A stretch of 58,058 bases of DNA from a virus (IMGVR_UViG_3300009169_000026:1-58058), one strand, 5' to 3'. Counted from the first letter of the stretch, positions 34,770 to 46,372 are shown. Program-made: numbers and translations. Notes: generated from the letters alone by a model not told the origin.

Positions 34770-37700
34770 TCACTCTTTGTCATTTGCGGTTTCGATAGCC
34801 ACGAAGAAGTCATCAAACATCAGATCATTTCTGCCTCTGGCTGTGAGGAAATACCTGTCACCACGACGTGTCACTGCATTCTGAACATAGGACTGATTCC
34901 AGGTATTTCTTCCTGATTCGGTTGACAGGGTCTTGGGAAGGTCAATCTCAAAGTTTTCGACGTTTAAGGGTAGATAGAAGATCCTATCAAACATCTTCGG
35001 TGCCAGCACCCTACTAGTTACTTCTCCTGCGTTAAATGCCATGCTGCCATAGTCAAAAAGCCTAAGGACATCCTTAACGTCTTCAGCTATGCTTTCATTC
35101 GCAAGGAGCTGTTCAATATTTTGATCGGCTGGCAGGTTCGCTCTCCTCACATCACGCAGATATGAGTAAACGATCTGCTGAATCTCAGGAGTTAGACTGC
35201 GGGTTGGAGCTGCCGGTGAACGAAAAACATCCTCAGAAATACGGATACCGGTCATGAAGTTGGTGTATAGGCCAAGCAGATAGCTTCCAATGTGGCTTCT
35301 TATGAGGTTGCTCTTCTCCTCATTCTGTAGGAAGTCATATTTTGGATTTTGATTGATCGAGGCCAGGCCAACTTTCTTTCTGCTTGAAAGCGTCTCCATG
35401 TCGGTGAGTTCTGCTCTGAGCATCATTCTAGAGAAGCTCTCATTTGGCGTTGGGTTGATGCGGTTAATGTCAACCTCCAAAGCAAACAGAGACAGGTCGA
35501 ATAGAAATTTCTGTGGCTTAAAGACTAGATCATCAAATCGAGCATCTCTCTTGTAGACGTTTATGTTGATGACATCAAACTCCTTGTCCTTGAAGGAGTT
35601 TGGGCTTATCTGACCGAGATTAACACGATCTGCTAGCTCCTTAGAGAATCCTGCCGGAACACCAACGCTAAGAATTTTGATTCGGTTGTTGGAGGCGGGC
35701 GAGGCTGTGGTAGTATTCATGTATGGAGCCTCCGCTAGAAAAGAGCGGAGGCAGCGGTACTCCATTGAAGTAACAACGTTGGACACGACTAGGTTGTTGT
35801 AGACGTAGCCCGCAGTCTCTGTGTAGTTCTGGGCACTTGTCTTGCCCTTAATGTCTTCTAGGATATAGGCCGCAGTTCTAACCTGAGATGGGTTCCGTAG
35901 AAGGTTGAGGTTTGAAATGCCACTAGTCCTCAGGAAAGCCTGAAGAGTTGTTTGGTTAAAGACGGTCTGTACTTTTGTGGAACCGTTCTGCATGTAGGTC
36001 CCAATAATCGAAAGAATGTGCAGGAAGTTTGTAATCGCCAGCATCTCACCAGCAATCTTTTTCTTGTTGTCTGCAAGAGAGGCTCTGTGTGGAGCGTACT
36101 TGTCTGTGCTCTTTATGATTTCCTGTAGAAGATCGGTGTTTGTGATCGTCTTCATGATATTCTTCAGGGAGGTGGCCTCGGAAGGGTTTGTGCTGAGGAG
36201 CTCGTTGAAGGACGTGCTATTTTGTAGGAGACTTGCCAGCTCTTTTGTTACCTGGGTAAATGCGGAATTAGAAAATCCAGTTCTGCCTGATGTCGTCGAA
36301 CCTCCAGAAGACACCACTCTACCACCAGCCCCGCCAGATGTTCGTATAATGCCCAGAGCGTCCCTAATGGAGTCGGCGCTTGGCTTTATTGGGTTGGTTA
36401 TGCTTGGTGTTAGCGCCCCAAAGTTGATGGAAGTTCCAACGAGCTGATCAATGGTGGATGAGATAATCTTGTTGCCGCCAGTGTATATGGAGACTAGCGT
36501 CGCAGTCAAGCTGTTTGAACGCTCAAAGTTGGCAAAGGAGTATTTACCAGCATGTGAGGCCACAATCTCGAAAAGCATTAGTAGCTGAGTCGAGGTGCTG
36601 AGGAAGTTGTATCTTGTTCTGTTTGTCCCATCCTGTAGAAGGTGAGCATTAACGCCCTGGAGCTGTGAGGCCTTGTAGAGCTTTGTTGCCAGATCCGCAA
36701 ATTCCTTGATGAAGTTTGGAGAATTCTGCGTGCTAGAGACGACAAGCCTGGATAGCATACTAGCGATGTTTCCACGCTGAATCTGCATGGTCGTTGAGTC
36801 TGTTCTTTTTTCGCCCCCGGTTATACCAACCGCTCCAACCAGCCTTGGGTTGTAACCGGAACCTACAGGCGGCCCGAGCATGGTTGAGCTAGGTATTGGC
36901 CGAACTCTCTGTATTAGGTCGATAGCCCCCAGGATTCTGGAGTAGTCAATGCTTGCCTTCGTTGTTAATGCCGTAATACGCTTCTCTATTGTCTCAGCCA
37001 GTTGATCCAGATATGGGCGAATAACAGCCAGTCCTCTCTTGGGGTCTGGTGCCTGACCAGACGGTACCGAAAGGTGTGATAGTTTGGTTAGGTCCGAAAT
37101 CTCTGTCCTAGCAAGAACATCGAAAATTTCCTTCTGCTCTGTTGTGCTGTTTACAGCCATGCCGTACAGGATGCAGAACTGGAAGAGCATACTCTTCAGT
37201 TGGTTGTCGGTACTAGCTAGCTTGAAGATCGCCGCAATAAGAGCCTGGGAGGCGTTAATGTTAGCCGGGTCCGTGAGTGTGCTGATAGAGTTCTTTGTCG
37301 ATCTCAGTACTGCCTCATTTAGAAGACTTGGCGTAGTAATAGTTGGAAGATTTTTTAGCGAGAGAAGGTTTTCGATTACAGTCCTCGAGTCTTTCACTCG
37401 TGTATTCCAAAGGTTCACGAAACTAACAAAGGGCTCGGTATTCCAGTTGTTACCATTGGTAGACAGAACCGAGTCAACGAAATATGCCGACCCAGGAACG
37501 TAGACGAATTTTTGGTCATCTGAGTCAACGTACTTGCTTTCAAATGGAAGGACACTGGCATTCGGGAGTCCAGGGTCAACAAAGAGTGCTGAGGCCAGAG
37601 ATTCGGCTCCCTTTGGTTTTTCAAAAATGGTGTTCCCAACTTCCCCAATGATGTTGTCGAATGGATTGCCGTTCTCAGCGATACCAAACCCTTGAAGAAG

Positions 37701-38915
37701 CCTCTTGTTTGTCTGGTCGCCAAGACCCCTAGATACCAGGTATTCCTTGCCAAGTAGAGCCGTTAGGATTTTGATCCTTTCGTCTGGATTTGTAGGCAGG
37801 GAGCTGTTGAACTGGTTGAAGAAGTTTAGTTCTGTGGCGTTTACTGGGGAGGTAACAGAGCGCATGTTCGATAGGTCAAAAGTAAACCCATTCGTCAATG
37901 AGTAGGTCTTGTCTATCTTCACGGGACTGTAATCGTTTTCTCTGTCAGGATCCTTTAGGTCTAGAAGGGAGATACTGTAACCCTCAAGCACAGCCCTAAA
38001 ATCAAACAGAAGCTGTAGCAGTATCTTGGTATCAGAAAATGACTCAAACTGCTCCCTTCCATACTGCATCCTCTTTTCAAAGAATTGCTGTAGCGGAAGG
38101 AAGGTTGTGGTGTTATAGAAACTAGCTGGAATCTTCTTGATTTCTAGAGCCTGCTTGATGTTGTCGATGTTCGTAAGGATGTCCTTGAAGTACGACATCT
38201 GATCTTCGATAGCACGAACCTCTTGGGTGTAAAGGTTTCGCACTTCCCTGAATCTGTCTCCTCCAACTGGTGTGGCTGGTATGGAGCGTCCACGAATGGG
38301 CAGCAGAGTAATCTCTGGCGGGCTCGTTCTTCTGACGTTGTCGATTAGCTTGAGAAGAGTTTCCTGGCGCAGATGGCTGGCCTGGTACTGAATGTCAACG
38401 AAGTCTCCTACGTCGTTGTTCTCCCTGTTTCGTGTGCCAACCCTATAGATTGGAGCAAAATCAATGATCGACAGAATCTCTGGGCGGAATACGCTTATAC
38501 CACCGTCCATAATGGGCACAAACTGTCCGTTTGCGATTCGAGTCTGGGCAACTGATAGCATGTCAATGGGATACGTGTCCTTTATCGACAAAACGGCTGG
38601 CTTTAGAAACTTGAGGGCCGGGACGTTCTTCATTGCCTTTGCGTTGTACTTGTTGGCAGCCATAGTCCCAACGCCACCACCTACGGCCAAGCTTCTCAGG
38701 GCATTGTCACCAAGCCGTGGAAGCCCCATGTCAATCGTAGTAGAACCCCCAGTTGAAGTTGATGAGCCAAGAGTAGCAGCTCCTGGGACCGGCGTTGGTG
38801 CACTGGTAGCAGTAGAGCTATCTCTTGATGTGGGAGAGATGGGCTGTATGCTCATGCCACCATTTGCTACGGTGCTCTTACGAACCCCAACTCCAAATAT
38901 ACCGATTCTTGCCAT
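34770..38915 (-). CDS. large hypothetical virion protein (1381 aa)
   Basis: long ORF in structural block. Confidence 0.75.
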   Translation of the reverse strand: MARIGIFGVGVRKSTVANGGMSIQPISPTSRDSSTATSAPTPVPGAATLGSSTSTGGSTTIDMGLPRLGDNALRSLAVGGGVGTMAANKYNAKAMKNVPALKFLKPAVLSIKDTYPIDMLSVAQTRIANGQFVPIMDGGISVFRPEILSIIDFAPIYRVGTRNRENNDVGDFVDIQYQASHLRQETLLKLIDNVRRTSPPEITLLPIRGRSIPATPVGGDRFREVRNLYTQEVRAIEDQMSYFKDILTNIDNIKQALEIKKIPASFYNTTTFLPLQQFFEKRMQYGREQFESFSDTKILLQLLFDFRAVLEGYSISLLDLKDPDRENDYSPVKIDKTYSLTNGFTFDLSNMRSVTSPVNATELNFFNQFNSSLPTNPDERIKILTALLGKEYLVSRGLGDQTNKRLLQGFGIAENGNPFDNIIGEVGNTIFEKPKGAESLASALFVDPGLPNASVLPFESKYVDSDDQKFVYVPGSAYFVDSVLSTNGNNWNTEPFVSFVNLWNTRVKDSRTVIENLLSLKNLPTITTPSLLNEAVLRSTKNSISTLTDPANINASQALIAAIFKLASTDNQLKSMLFQFCILYGMAVNSTTEQKEIFDVLARTEISDLTKLSHLSVPSGQAPDPKRGLAVIRPYLDQLAETIEKRITALTTKASIDYSRILGAIDLIQRVRPIPSSTMLGPPVGSGYNPRLVGAVGITGGEKRTDSTTMQIQRGNIASMLSRLVVSSTQNSPNFIKEFADLATKLYKASQLQGVNAHLLQDGTNRTRYNFLSTSTQLLMLFEIVASHAGKYSFANFERSNSLTATLVSIYTGGNKIISSTIDQLVGTSINFGALTPSITNPIKPSADSIRDALGIIRTSGGAGGRVVSSGGSTTSGRTGFSNSAFTQVTKELASLLQNSTSFNELLSTNPSEATSLKNIMKTITNTDLLQEIIKSTDKYAPHRASLADNKKKIAGEMLAITNFLHILSIIGTYMQNGSTKVQTVFNQTTLQAFLRTSGISNLNLLRNPSQVRTAAYILEDIKGKTSAQNYTETAGYVYNNLVVSNVVTSMEYRCLRSFLAEAPYMNTTTASPASNNRIKILSVGVPAGFSKELADRVNLGQISPNSFKDKEFDVININVYKRDARFDDLVFKPQKFLFDLSLFALEVDINRINPTPNESFSRMMLRAELTDMETLSSRKKVGLASINQNPKYDFLQNEEKSNLIRSHIGSYLLGLYTNFMTGIRISEDVFRSPAAPTRSLTPEIQQIVYSYLRDVRRANLPADQNIEQLLANESIAEDVKDVLRLFDYGSMAFNAGEVTSRVLAPKMFDRIFYLPLNVENFEIDLPKTLSTESGRNTWNQSYVQNAVTRRGDRYFLTARGRNDLMFDDFFVAIETANDKE

Positions 38916-38927
38916 ATAGTGCTACCC

Positions 38928-41375
38928 TTAAATAACTACCGTGTTTGTTTTCAACTCTGTTCCCCTGCTGTAGTCATAATAGATAGGAACTATGCTGTAA
39001 GTTAGAGCGCCTTTTTCCCCAGCATCTAAATTGTCAAGAAATTCAAAGTAGTTGGAGTTGCTTATGTTGTGAGCGCATCCAACGATCGTCTTCATTCCGA
39101 GTGTCTCGAGCATGATCACAAAATGGTCTACCTTGGCTACGTTGCCAGTGACTTTCCACTGTATCAGGTTAGACTTTTCACGCACCTGAGTTGCTTGCGC
39201 CTCAGAAAGATTTGGCAAAAGACTAGCTAGAGAAACTGTAACGTGCTGAATGTCCGCTACATCACCTAGGGCAAATTGACCGTAGGCATGATTCGCCTTT
39301 AGAGAGGCTTCTGAAACTATCGTCCCCTCTCGGAGAGTAATCGGCTGCCTCCACTTGTAAGGCCTGAGAACGTAGGACTGATTCGAGTTTATGGAAGAGC
39401 TGACAACTCTTTCGAGTTTCGGAAATAGCGTTTCTGGATTGCGGAAGTAGACCTTTACAGTATAACGATACTCGGCCCCTGGATCAAGAGGCTTGATGTT
39501 CTTTGAAATTCCGAAGCCTCGGTCGGAGAACTCCTTGGAGTCTACGATCCCAAAACTTTCAACATCTCCAGATGTAAGGTTGGTTCGAGTAACGCCATAT
39601 GCAAAGAGCCTATTCAACTTCTCCTTGTCGTTGGTTATGTCGGATTGGAACTCTGACAGCAGACCCTGTTCGGAAATGAACTTTCTCACCTGTTCCGATC
39701 CTTGGTTCAAGACATTGAACGTCACCGAAAAAGTAACATCGAGACCCGACGCCTGCTGTATGATCTGCGGCTCTGAAATAACGGCTGTTGCCACATTGCT
39801 CATCGCTGGGCTGAACTCGACAGTTATCTGATTGCTGCCTATGTTAACGTCGCCATCCTTGTAAATCAGCGCAACTCTATAGCTGTAGATATTTCCATGC
39901 TTGACGGAGGTATCGTCCACAATTACGGGAGCCCCGGATCGACCATCCATCAACATCACATCGTTGCCAATGATGCCATATCGTTTCTCGAAGATAGAGA
40001 GGTTCTTTCTTTCCAGTCGGATGGCCGTAACGTTGTTCGGCACATCCTTGATTTCTACAGAGATGCCTGCACTGGTAATTGTGCTTGCCAATGAGACAAA
40101 GTTCTGGCGCATCAACAGCTTGTTGCCTTTCAGCATATTAGTCCTGTTGAAGCTAACAACGGCGCTTGTGAAGATGCTGCTCTGTACGCTTTCATCGGAG
40201 TAGGGTACAAAGCGATAGAGTATTGAATTTATGCTGGCGGCCATGTCCTCAACTCTTTGCGTTGGAGTGTCAGCCGACATTTCGACCTTTCCTACATAAG
40301 AGTAGGCTGCGTCTGTATCGTTACGCCCTGGATTAACGTCCTTTCGGTATATGTTTATCCCGGTTGCGTTCTTGTCCATCTGCTTTACTTCAAAAGCAAC
40401 TCGCCCTGGGCGATTGACAGGCATCGGCTGTACGGATGGTGCTAGAATTGGCATCTTGAGAAGCTGGAAGTTTCGATTGTGATTTACCAGGTTGGAAGAA
40501 ATCTGAATTGGAAATCCCTTGGAGTTTACCAGTTCGTAGGTGACGTAAAATTCGCCATCCGGGAGCGAACCCATTGGTATGTCTACCACCTCTCTTACCT
40601 CAATGAACCCGTCCTCTCGTTCTTCAAAGACGGTCATGAAGTCAGACTTCTTTAGTTCGGCCTGTGAGGTGCTCGTGCTTGTGTTCAGCAGAGATGAAAC
40701 TATCTTACCGTCCGAGCTGGCTCTGTCGCTTTTCTGCGACCGACTGTTTTTTGAGGAGGTGCCATCGTAAGCCTGCCTTGCTGTCCGTATTGTGTTTGTT
40801 TTCTCATTGACGGCACTGGCAGGATCTCTTCTATCAATATAGAGCATGTTTAGTGAGGTAGACTTAGAAGTTTGTTCCGTTCCAGCCTGTTCATCACCAA
40901 CACGATTAAGGTTCGCCTCCAGAATGGGCATGTTGACGTTCTTGTCATCTAGCTCACTAACCGGTTTTGAAACCAAGGTCTTGGTGGTTCTTACCCTAAC
41001 CGTGTCTGCATACTTTGCTCTGCTGAGTTCCCCCGTCATTCCATTGGAAATCCTGGCGCTCATATCTGAAACGTACGTCAGAAGGATATCGGCAGTGGAG
41101 GAGCGGACAATGTCCTTTTGCATCGGTCTTTGACGAAGAATGCCGTCAATAATATCAAAGCCGCCTGCGTTTCCAAAAATCGGCTGAACCTTCTTGATGT
41201 ATGGGCCTTTGGAGATATGCAGCTTCACAAGAAAGGCATTCTCTGCGACAGCCTTGGTTGGATTTGCAAGATATCTGATGTAGTACCGAAACTTACTGTC
41301 GGCCACGGCCTCAAGGGTAGCGAAGTTCTTCGGAATGCTGATAATGTCAGTCTGCTTCTTGATGAATGTCTTCAT
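38928..41375 (-). CDS. putative virion protein (FN3-like repeats)
   Basis: repeated D..V..G..Y.Y.V patterns. Confidence 0.72.
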   Translation of the reverse strand: MKTFIKKQTDIISIPKNFATLEAVADSKFRYYIRYLANPTKAVAENAFLVKLHISKGPYIKKVQPIFGNAGGFDIIDGILRQRPMQKDIVRSSTADILLTYVSDMSARISNGMTGELSRAKYADTVRVRTTKTLVSKPVSELDDKNVNMPILEANLNRVGDEQAGTEQTSKSTSLNMLYIDRRDPASAVNEKTNTIRTARQAYDGTSSKNSRSQKSDRASSDGKIVSSLLNTSTSTSQAELKKSDFMTVFEEREDGFIEVREVVDIPMGSLPDGEFYVTYELVNSKGFPIQISSNLVNHNRNFQLLKMPILAPSVQPMPVNRPGRVAFEVKQMDKNATGINIYRKDVNPGRNDTDAAYSYVGKVEMSADTPTQRVEDMAASINSILYRFVPYSDESVQSSIFTSAVVSFNRTNMLKGNKLLMRQNFVSLASTITSAGISVEIKDVPNNVTAIRLERKNLSIFEKRYGIIGNDVMLMDGRSGAPVIVDDTSVKHGNIYSYRVALIYKDGDVNIGSNQITVEFSPAMSNVATAVISEPQIIQQASGLDVTFSVTFNVLNQGSEQVRKFISEQGLLSEFQSDITNDKEKLNRLFAYGVTRTNLTSGDVESFGIVDSKEFSDRGFGISKNIKPLDPGAEYRYTVKVYFRNPETLFPKLERVVSSSINSNQSYVLRPYKWRQPITLREGTIVSEASLKANHAYGQFALGDVADIQHVTVSLASLLPNLSEAQATQVREKSNLIQWKVTGNVAKVDHFVIMLETLGMKTIVGCAHNISNSNYFEFLDNLDAGEKGALTYSIVPIYYDYSRGTELKTNTVVI

Positions 41376-41378
41376 TTG

Positions 41379-42335
41379 TTAACTCTCAAATATCAGCGTA
41401 AACATGTTGACGTAGGTCGTGCTGCCCATACCATCAAGAAACACTTTCCCAACGTAGAAAACATGACGAATGATCCCGTCTGCGTCTGGTGGAAACTTAC
41501 CAAAGTCGATAACATCAAGCTTTGTCATCTCATTGCCAGAGGACTCAAAGAACTGACCGAGCAAGTTATTGGCCTTGGAGGTTTCCGTAAAACGAACCTT
41601 CTCCTCAAAACCACCAAGCGCACTAGCTGCCAATTCTTGCTGAATGTCAGCATATGAAAGAATCTGCTTCTGGTTTAGGTTCACATAAAGTCCGAGCGGA
41701 GCGCCTCCGGTCTCACCCGTTCTGGGTTTGTTGACAGGCGGCAAGAACTTGAAGTTCGGAATGTGAGAAAGACGCTTATCATAGAATACGCTCTCAACGT
41801 GGTCGATGCTGATTTCTTTGATGTCGTCTGGCCCAATTGGCTTTTCATCGGTTATTGCAAAGGTTGTGTCTGTTGGGCCTATAATGAACTGATCGTATCT
41901 TTCGTCGATTGGGTCGGGACTTGAGAGAATGTACAGCTTCTTGAAGTTATCGACGGTGGTGCTAAGGAGCTTGTCGGAAAGAGATGCAAATTGTGAGCCC
42001 GTCACCGATACACGCTCATCTCTATTTGAGCCAGAAAAAATTTGACCAGCAGCTACCTGCATAACCGTAGAGCCGCTAACAAAATTGCCAAGAAGCCTGC
42101 CGCCATCATCTGCCTCAAAAACAACCATATCCTGAGGAAGGTTGCCTGCTTCAAAGCATAGGCGAGAAGTTGTATCCAGCCCACCAGATACAATGGTATC
42201 AAGCAGGTAAATTGCCCCCATGTCACTGAAAGAGACGTACTCGGCCCTCAGCTTACCTGTGGAGATTTGTGCTCGACCTTGTTGTGTAATGATTGTGTCA
42301 AGTACACGATCCTTACCAGATATGATGCCTGCCAT
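41379..42335 (-). CDS. virion structural protein
   Basis: MAGI..RVLDTIITQQGR N-terminus, similar to 32163-32876. Confidence 0.72.
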   Translation of the reverse strand: MAGIISGKDRVLDTIITQQGRAQISTGKLRAEYVSFSDMGAIYLLDTIVSGGLDTTSRLCFEAGNLPQDMVVFEADDGGRLLGNFVSGSTVMQVAAGQIFSGSNRDERVSVTGSQFASLSDKLLSTTVDNFKKLYILSSPDPIDERYDQFIIGPTDTTFAITDEKPIGPDDIKEISIDHVESVFYDKRLSHIPNFKFLPPVNKPRTGETGGAPLGLYVNLNQKQILSYADIQQELAASALGGFEEKVRFTETSKANNLLGQFFESSGNEMTKLDVIDFGKFPPDADGIIRHVFYVGKVFLDGMGSTTYVNMFTLIFES

Positions 42336-42390
42336 GCGTTACCTTCTGCGAATATGCGTGTATGTCTAAATAGACAGAAGCAGAAATGTA

Positions 42391-43629
42391 CTATTCTGGC
42401 AAAAATTCCGAAGCCGCCCCCGCCCCTCCATCATCAGAGAATGGTTGGCCAGACCTATACTCATAGTCCCAAGCACCGCTATCTCTTGGGTTGTAGCTTG
42501 GATTGGTTGCCGTTAGGTAGTCGATTGTCTGGGCGTGGAAGGCACTTCCGGACACGGCCCTAACCTCAACCGGGGAAGTAACTGTCTTGCCCGTGGTCTG
42601 GTCGAAGAACTTGGTAAACGGCCGCTGTTCCAACATATCACGCATGTGCCCAAAACGATTTAGCCTAAAAACAGCCTTAGAGGTTACTGGGCTGCCGTTG
42701 TAAACACCATATTTCCACCCTTTAAGAATTGGTGCAATTAGAAACCCATAGCTAGAGGCAAGTATGTGAAAATGTCCAGTTGTAACAAGGCCATGATGAC
42801 CATGGCCAATTCCAAAATAACACCTGTTGAGTTGAGCAATACTAGGCCGCCAGCATTCGTCCCTCACCATTATTCCTTGTCCATTCTGTGGGAAGGAATC
42901 CTCGTTCCAGGTGGCAGTTCCAGAAACAAAAGCACCGTCAAACAGTTCTGTAGCTATTGCACCGTTAAGCCCAGGCCACATCTGAATGTTTGATATTTGG
43001 CTTACATTCCTGAATGTGTATTTGGCATCCCCTGTATAAGTGATGAATGGACCATAAATAGAAGTTGAAACTGTCGTTGTTATCGGCGAAAGCGTATTGT
43101 AGGACTGCTGTAGGGATCTAGGAAGATTCCTATAACTACTCTCAAATGGAAATGCGTAGAGCCAGCGGCCATCTGTAAAAATTGTGCCATCAGCAGTTGT
43201 CGCCTGCGTTCCGCTTGCAGCAATATGAATAACCGCAGCACCAGAGGCAGGGACATCCGGGATGTTGAAGTTTGTGCTACCAGAAATAGCTGGCGAAACT
43301 CCAACAGGACTAGCTCCGTTGACAATCGTATACAGAAGTGGGTTAATCATCAAGCTGTCATAGAACAGCTCCCCATCAGATTGCATAGAGAGGATGTTTG
43401 GGTTTCGCCCAAGATAGGAGCCGCTCTTCAAATATAGGGCGGTAGATTGCTGATATATGATTTCCTGTGCATAAAAGGAGCTTGAAACAAGCCCCGTTAT
43501 TTCATCAGCAATTACAGTTCTGTTATAGGCAGATGCAGACGAAAAATAACTTCCGTACATCACCCTGGAATTGTATGATCCAGAGTATGTGGAAAGGTGT
43601 TCTGTCTCAAAAATGTCATACGTTGGCAT
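42391..43629 (-). CDS. putative virion protein
   Basis: G.KYG.YNG, FGHMRDMLEQRPFTK. Confidence 0.7.
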   Translation of the reverse strand: MPTYDIFETEHLSTYSGSYNSRVMYGSYFSSASAYNRTVIADEITGLVSSSFYAQEIIYQQSTALYLKSGSYLGRNPNILSMQSDGELFYDSLMINPLLYTIVNGASPVGVSPAISGSTNFNIPDVPASGAAVIHIAASGTQATTADGTIFTDGRWLYAFPFESSYRNLPRSLQQSYNTLSPITTTVSTSIYGPFITYTGDAKYTFRNVSQISNIQMWPGLNGAIATELFDGAFVSGTATWNEDSFPQNGQGIMVRDECWRPSIAQLNRCYFGIGHGHHGLVTTGHFHILASSYGFLIAPILKGWKYGVYNGSPVTSKAVFRLNRFGHMRDMLEQRPFTKFFDQTTGKTVTSPVEVRAVSGSAFHAQTIDYLTATNPSYNPRDSGAWDYEYRSGQPFSDDGGAGAASEFLPE

Positions 43630-43631
43630 GG

Positions 43632-45500
43632 TTATTCCCCGATCACTTCATGAACCGAATTGGAGGAAAGAAGCTGGTTGGTTGTCTCGTTGACTTCATG
43701 ACCTTCGCTGACATAGCAGCCGTACAGTGTCAGTTTGCACGGCCCCTGCCAGAACGCCATAACGGTTTCAAACTCATTTGCAGCTATGCCCTGTACTGGA
43801 TTTGTAGAAATCGGTAGTTGCCAACCAAGAACCAACTTGTCTGTAGGCAAAAGAATATACGGGTTGACCTTGTACTTTCCTCTGGCGTGAAACATGGAAA
43901 ATTGTAGAGGAGGGGATTGGCTGCCAACCACTGCCTGCTGACCCAGATTTTTACCTCTGGTATAATCACTTAGGAGTCCCCTGGTTGAGGGGCGAAGAAG
44001 GCCCAACCCTGTTCTGTATCCATCGTTTCCAAGAAGCACCTCATCGAAATCGCCCGGTCCATCATAGCGAATTAAGGTCTTGGAAAAGGCCCCTGATACA
44101 GACGCCTCGTACCTGTTTCTCTCGGAAATGTATCCGGCCAGCGGCGAGCACATACTCATAGAAAGGGTTACTCTACCCGTCCAGTTTATTCCAGCATCCC
44201 CTGCCACCGAGCTCGTTATTACAATGTCATTTTCCATTATTGGAAGCTCTAGTCGTGCAGAAGATGATGTTGTGCTCTTGGTATCATAGACAAGCTGGTC
44301 AAAGGCTCCACTGGCAAAAGAGTATATCTGCGAAAAGCCAAGTATGTCCCTGGTGGTCGTGACAAGGGTTGCCTCTGTACTGTTGGCGTTAAGTCTCCGC
44401 CAGCTTGGAACGGATGCTGTTAGAAAGGCAAAATTCCACGCCCCTATGTTTCCTATGTATTTTATCAAATTTAGACTGGCATTACTGCGCTGATTCAGAA
44501 GAAAGCATGTATTGATGGAAGCCGAAATAGTGTTCTTGTACATGCCATCATACAGGGACAAGGTCAGAACTCCAACCTCTGATGAGCCAGTTATCTCAAT
44601 GGTGGCCTTTTCCAAAAGGAAGGGCTGTGTTATGTATCTATCCATCGAGAGCGTCTGCGAACTGGTTGCGTGAAACTTTGGATGATATGGGAAACCAAAG
44701 TCACTGGTCATAAAGCCAGCAGATCTGATATCGACGAAACTTGTGCCTTTTGGAAAGAAGGTGTTTATGAAGCCAATCTGCATGTGCTCAATAGTGTCAG
44801 CCTGATCGGACAGCGAGTTGTACTCATAGCCTAGACCTATGCCCTCCCAGGTTCCCGACTCGAAATTGTAATACAGCATTGGAAAAGAGGTCCCAAAGGC
44901 CTCATTTCCTGCTGTGTTGGCATTGTACGTATAGACACCGGTATCGTTAATGACTCCAATGTCTACCTCTATCTTCTGCTTGCTCCACAGAGGAGTCGAG
45001 AAGCCTTCACCAACCTGAAGTACGGCACTGCCTGTCGTGTAGAATGTGTTGTTGGAGAGGGATGTGGCATCTGCGGCATCCTGCTCACTATCCCTAAATG
45101 GCTTGAGGGCAACGCCCGACAGGAACTGAACATACTGTAGGCCATCCACAATTCCAGAGTTGGTACGCCCCGGAACAATAATGGCCGATGCGGCAGTGGA
45201 GTTGGTGTCTGAGGCTTCTGTGGTGGAAAGCCATGCACTTCCTGATGGAAGGCCTAGGGATGGATGAAAATTATCAACCTCGGAGAAGACGATGACATTC
45301 TGGTCGTCAAACTTAATTGGTTGATTCCCTTGACGCTCATCAGTTGAGAATCGGACAGTCGTTGGGTAGGAGTTTGCTTGAGCATCCTTGTCTCTAAGCT
45401 GAACTCTTCCCGGTAGCGTCCTGACTCTCGTACCCTTTTCTTGTCTTGCCATCTCTGTGTGTCGCCTATTCTTGTTGTCTTTTAGGAACCACGAACCCAA
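43632..45500 (-). CDS. putative virion protein
   Basis: PYILLPTDKLVLG; start may be MARQEK. Confidence 0.7.
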   Translation of the reverse strand: MGSWFLKDNKNRRHTEMARQEKGTRVRTLPGRVQLRDKDAQANSYPTTVRFSTDERQGNQPIKFDDQNVIVFSEVDNFHPSLGLPSGSAWLSTTEASDTNSTAASAIIVPGRTNSGIVDGLQYVQFLSGVALKPFRDSEQDAADATSLSNNTFYTTGSAVLQVGEGFSTPLWSKQKIEVDIGVINDTGVYTYNANTAGNEAFGTSFPMLYYNFESGTWEGIGLGYEYNSLSDQADTIEHMQIGFINTFFPKGTSFVDIRSAGFMTSDFGFPYHPKFHATSSQTLSMDRYITQPFLLEKATIEITGSSEVGVLTLSLYDGMYKNTISASINTCFLLNQRSNASLNLIKYIGNIGAWNFAFLTASVPSWRRLNANSTEATLVTTTRDILGFSQIYSFASGAFDQLVYDTKSTTSSSARLELPIMENDIVITSSVAGDAGINWTGRVTLSMSMCSPLAGYISERNRYEASVSGAFSKTLIRYDGPGDFDEVLLGNDGYRTGLGLLRPSTRGLLSDYTRGKNLGQQAVVGSQSPPLQFSMFHARGKYKVNPYILLPTDKLVLGWQLPISTNPVQGIAANEFETVMAFWQGPCKLTLYGCYVSEGHEVNETTNQLLSSNSVHEVIGE

Positions 45501-46366
45501 CCACCAAAGGCTATTGAGTCTGTTCCATACCTTCCCATGTCTGGGCCATATAGTGTAGAACCCGCTGCGGCAGATTTCTGAGAATAGGTTCCTCTGATGT
45601 CTTCATCAAGTTCTATACGCAAAGCTTTCAGGGCCGCCGTAAAGGTTGCATCCGGTGATTCGACCTGCGTCACTATTTGTTCGTCGCAGGTATCGTTGAA
45701 AGGCTCACCAAGCCTGTCCACGTAGGATACAAATCCTTCCAGGATAATCTGGTCATCCAAGCTACCATTTCCGTGATATTCCTGGCCCTCGTCGAGGAAA
45801 ACTCGAGGTGTCAGGGGAGGGGAGTAGTCGATGAACTGTAGAACCCTGTTTGTAGCTCCTACGGGGCTGTCAAAGGCGTTTCCATCCTCTAGGGCACCCT
45901 TGGGTGCTCTGGCAGGTCTAGCGCCCTCCTGAGGGCTTTTACGGAATGGGATCGTGAATGGTTCAACGATGGCCTCTTCCTCGCTTTGAGGCCCGTCATT
46001 GAGATATATCGGCATTGGATATGTCTCTGGACTGGTGACGTAGGCTAGATTATCAAACTTAATCACCTGATCGTCAAATATCTTGGTATTCTCGTACTCC
46101 GTCCAGGAGCGTGCCTGCCCATAGGTTCCAATCTTGGCATTGTGCTTTAGGTTGCCGGACCAAAGCTTTGGCTGCATTCCAAGGTATAGCTGGTGAGAGG
46201 TATTGATTTCAACACCCTGCCTGTAGGGATCAATGAGCGTTGTAGCATATCCAGAACCAGATTGCTGAGAAACTGCAACGGTAATAGAAAGCTTGTCTTC
46301 GCCACCATCATCAAATGGAGCGTAGTCAAACCCCGACAATCCTTCGTATTCGTTATAGCTTGCCAT
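45482..46366 (-). CDS. putative virion protein
   Basis: C-terminal GTDSIAFGG. Confidence 0.7.
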   Translation of the reverse strand: MASYNEYEGLSGFDYAPFDDGGEDKLSITVAVSQQSGSGYATTLIDPYRQGVEINTSHQLYLGMQPKLWSGNLKHNAKIGTYGQARSWTEYENTKIFDDQVIKFDNLAYVTSPETYPMPIYLNDGPQSEEEAIVEPFTIPFRKSPQEGARPARAPKGALEDGNAFDSPVGATNRVLQFIDYSPPLTPRVFLDEGQEYHGNGSLDDQIILEGFVSYVDRLGEPFNDTCDEQIVTQVESPDATFTAALKALRIELDEDIRGTYSQKSAAAGSTLYGPDMGRYGTDSIAFGGWVRGS

Positions 46367-46372
46367 GTTGTT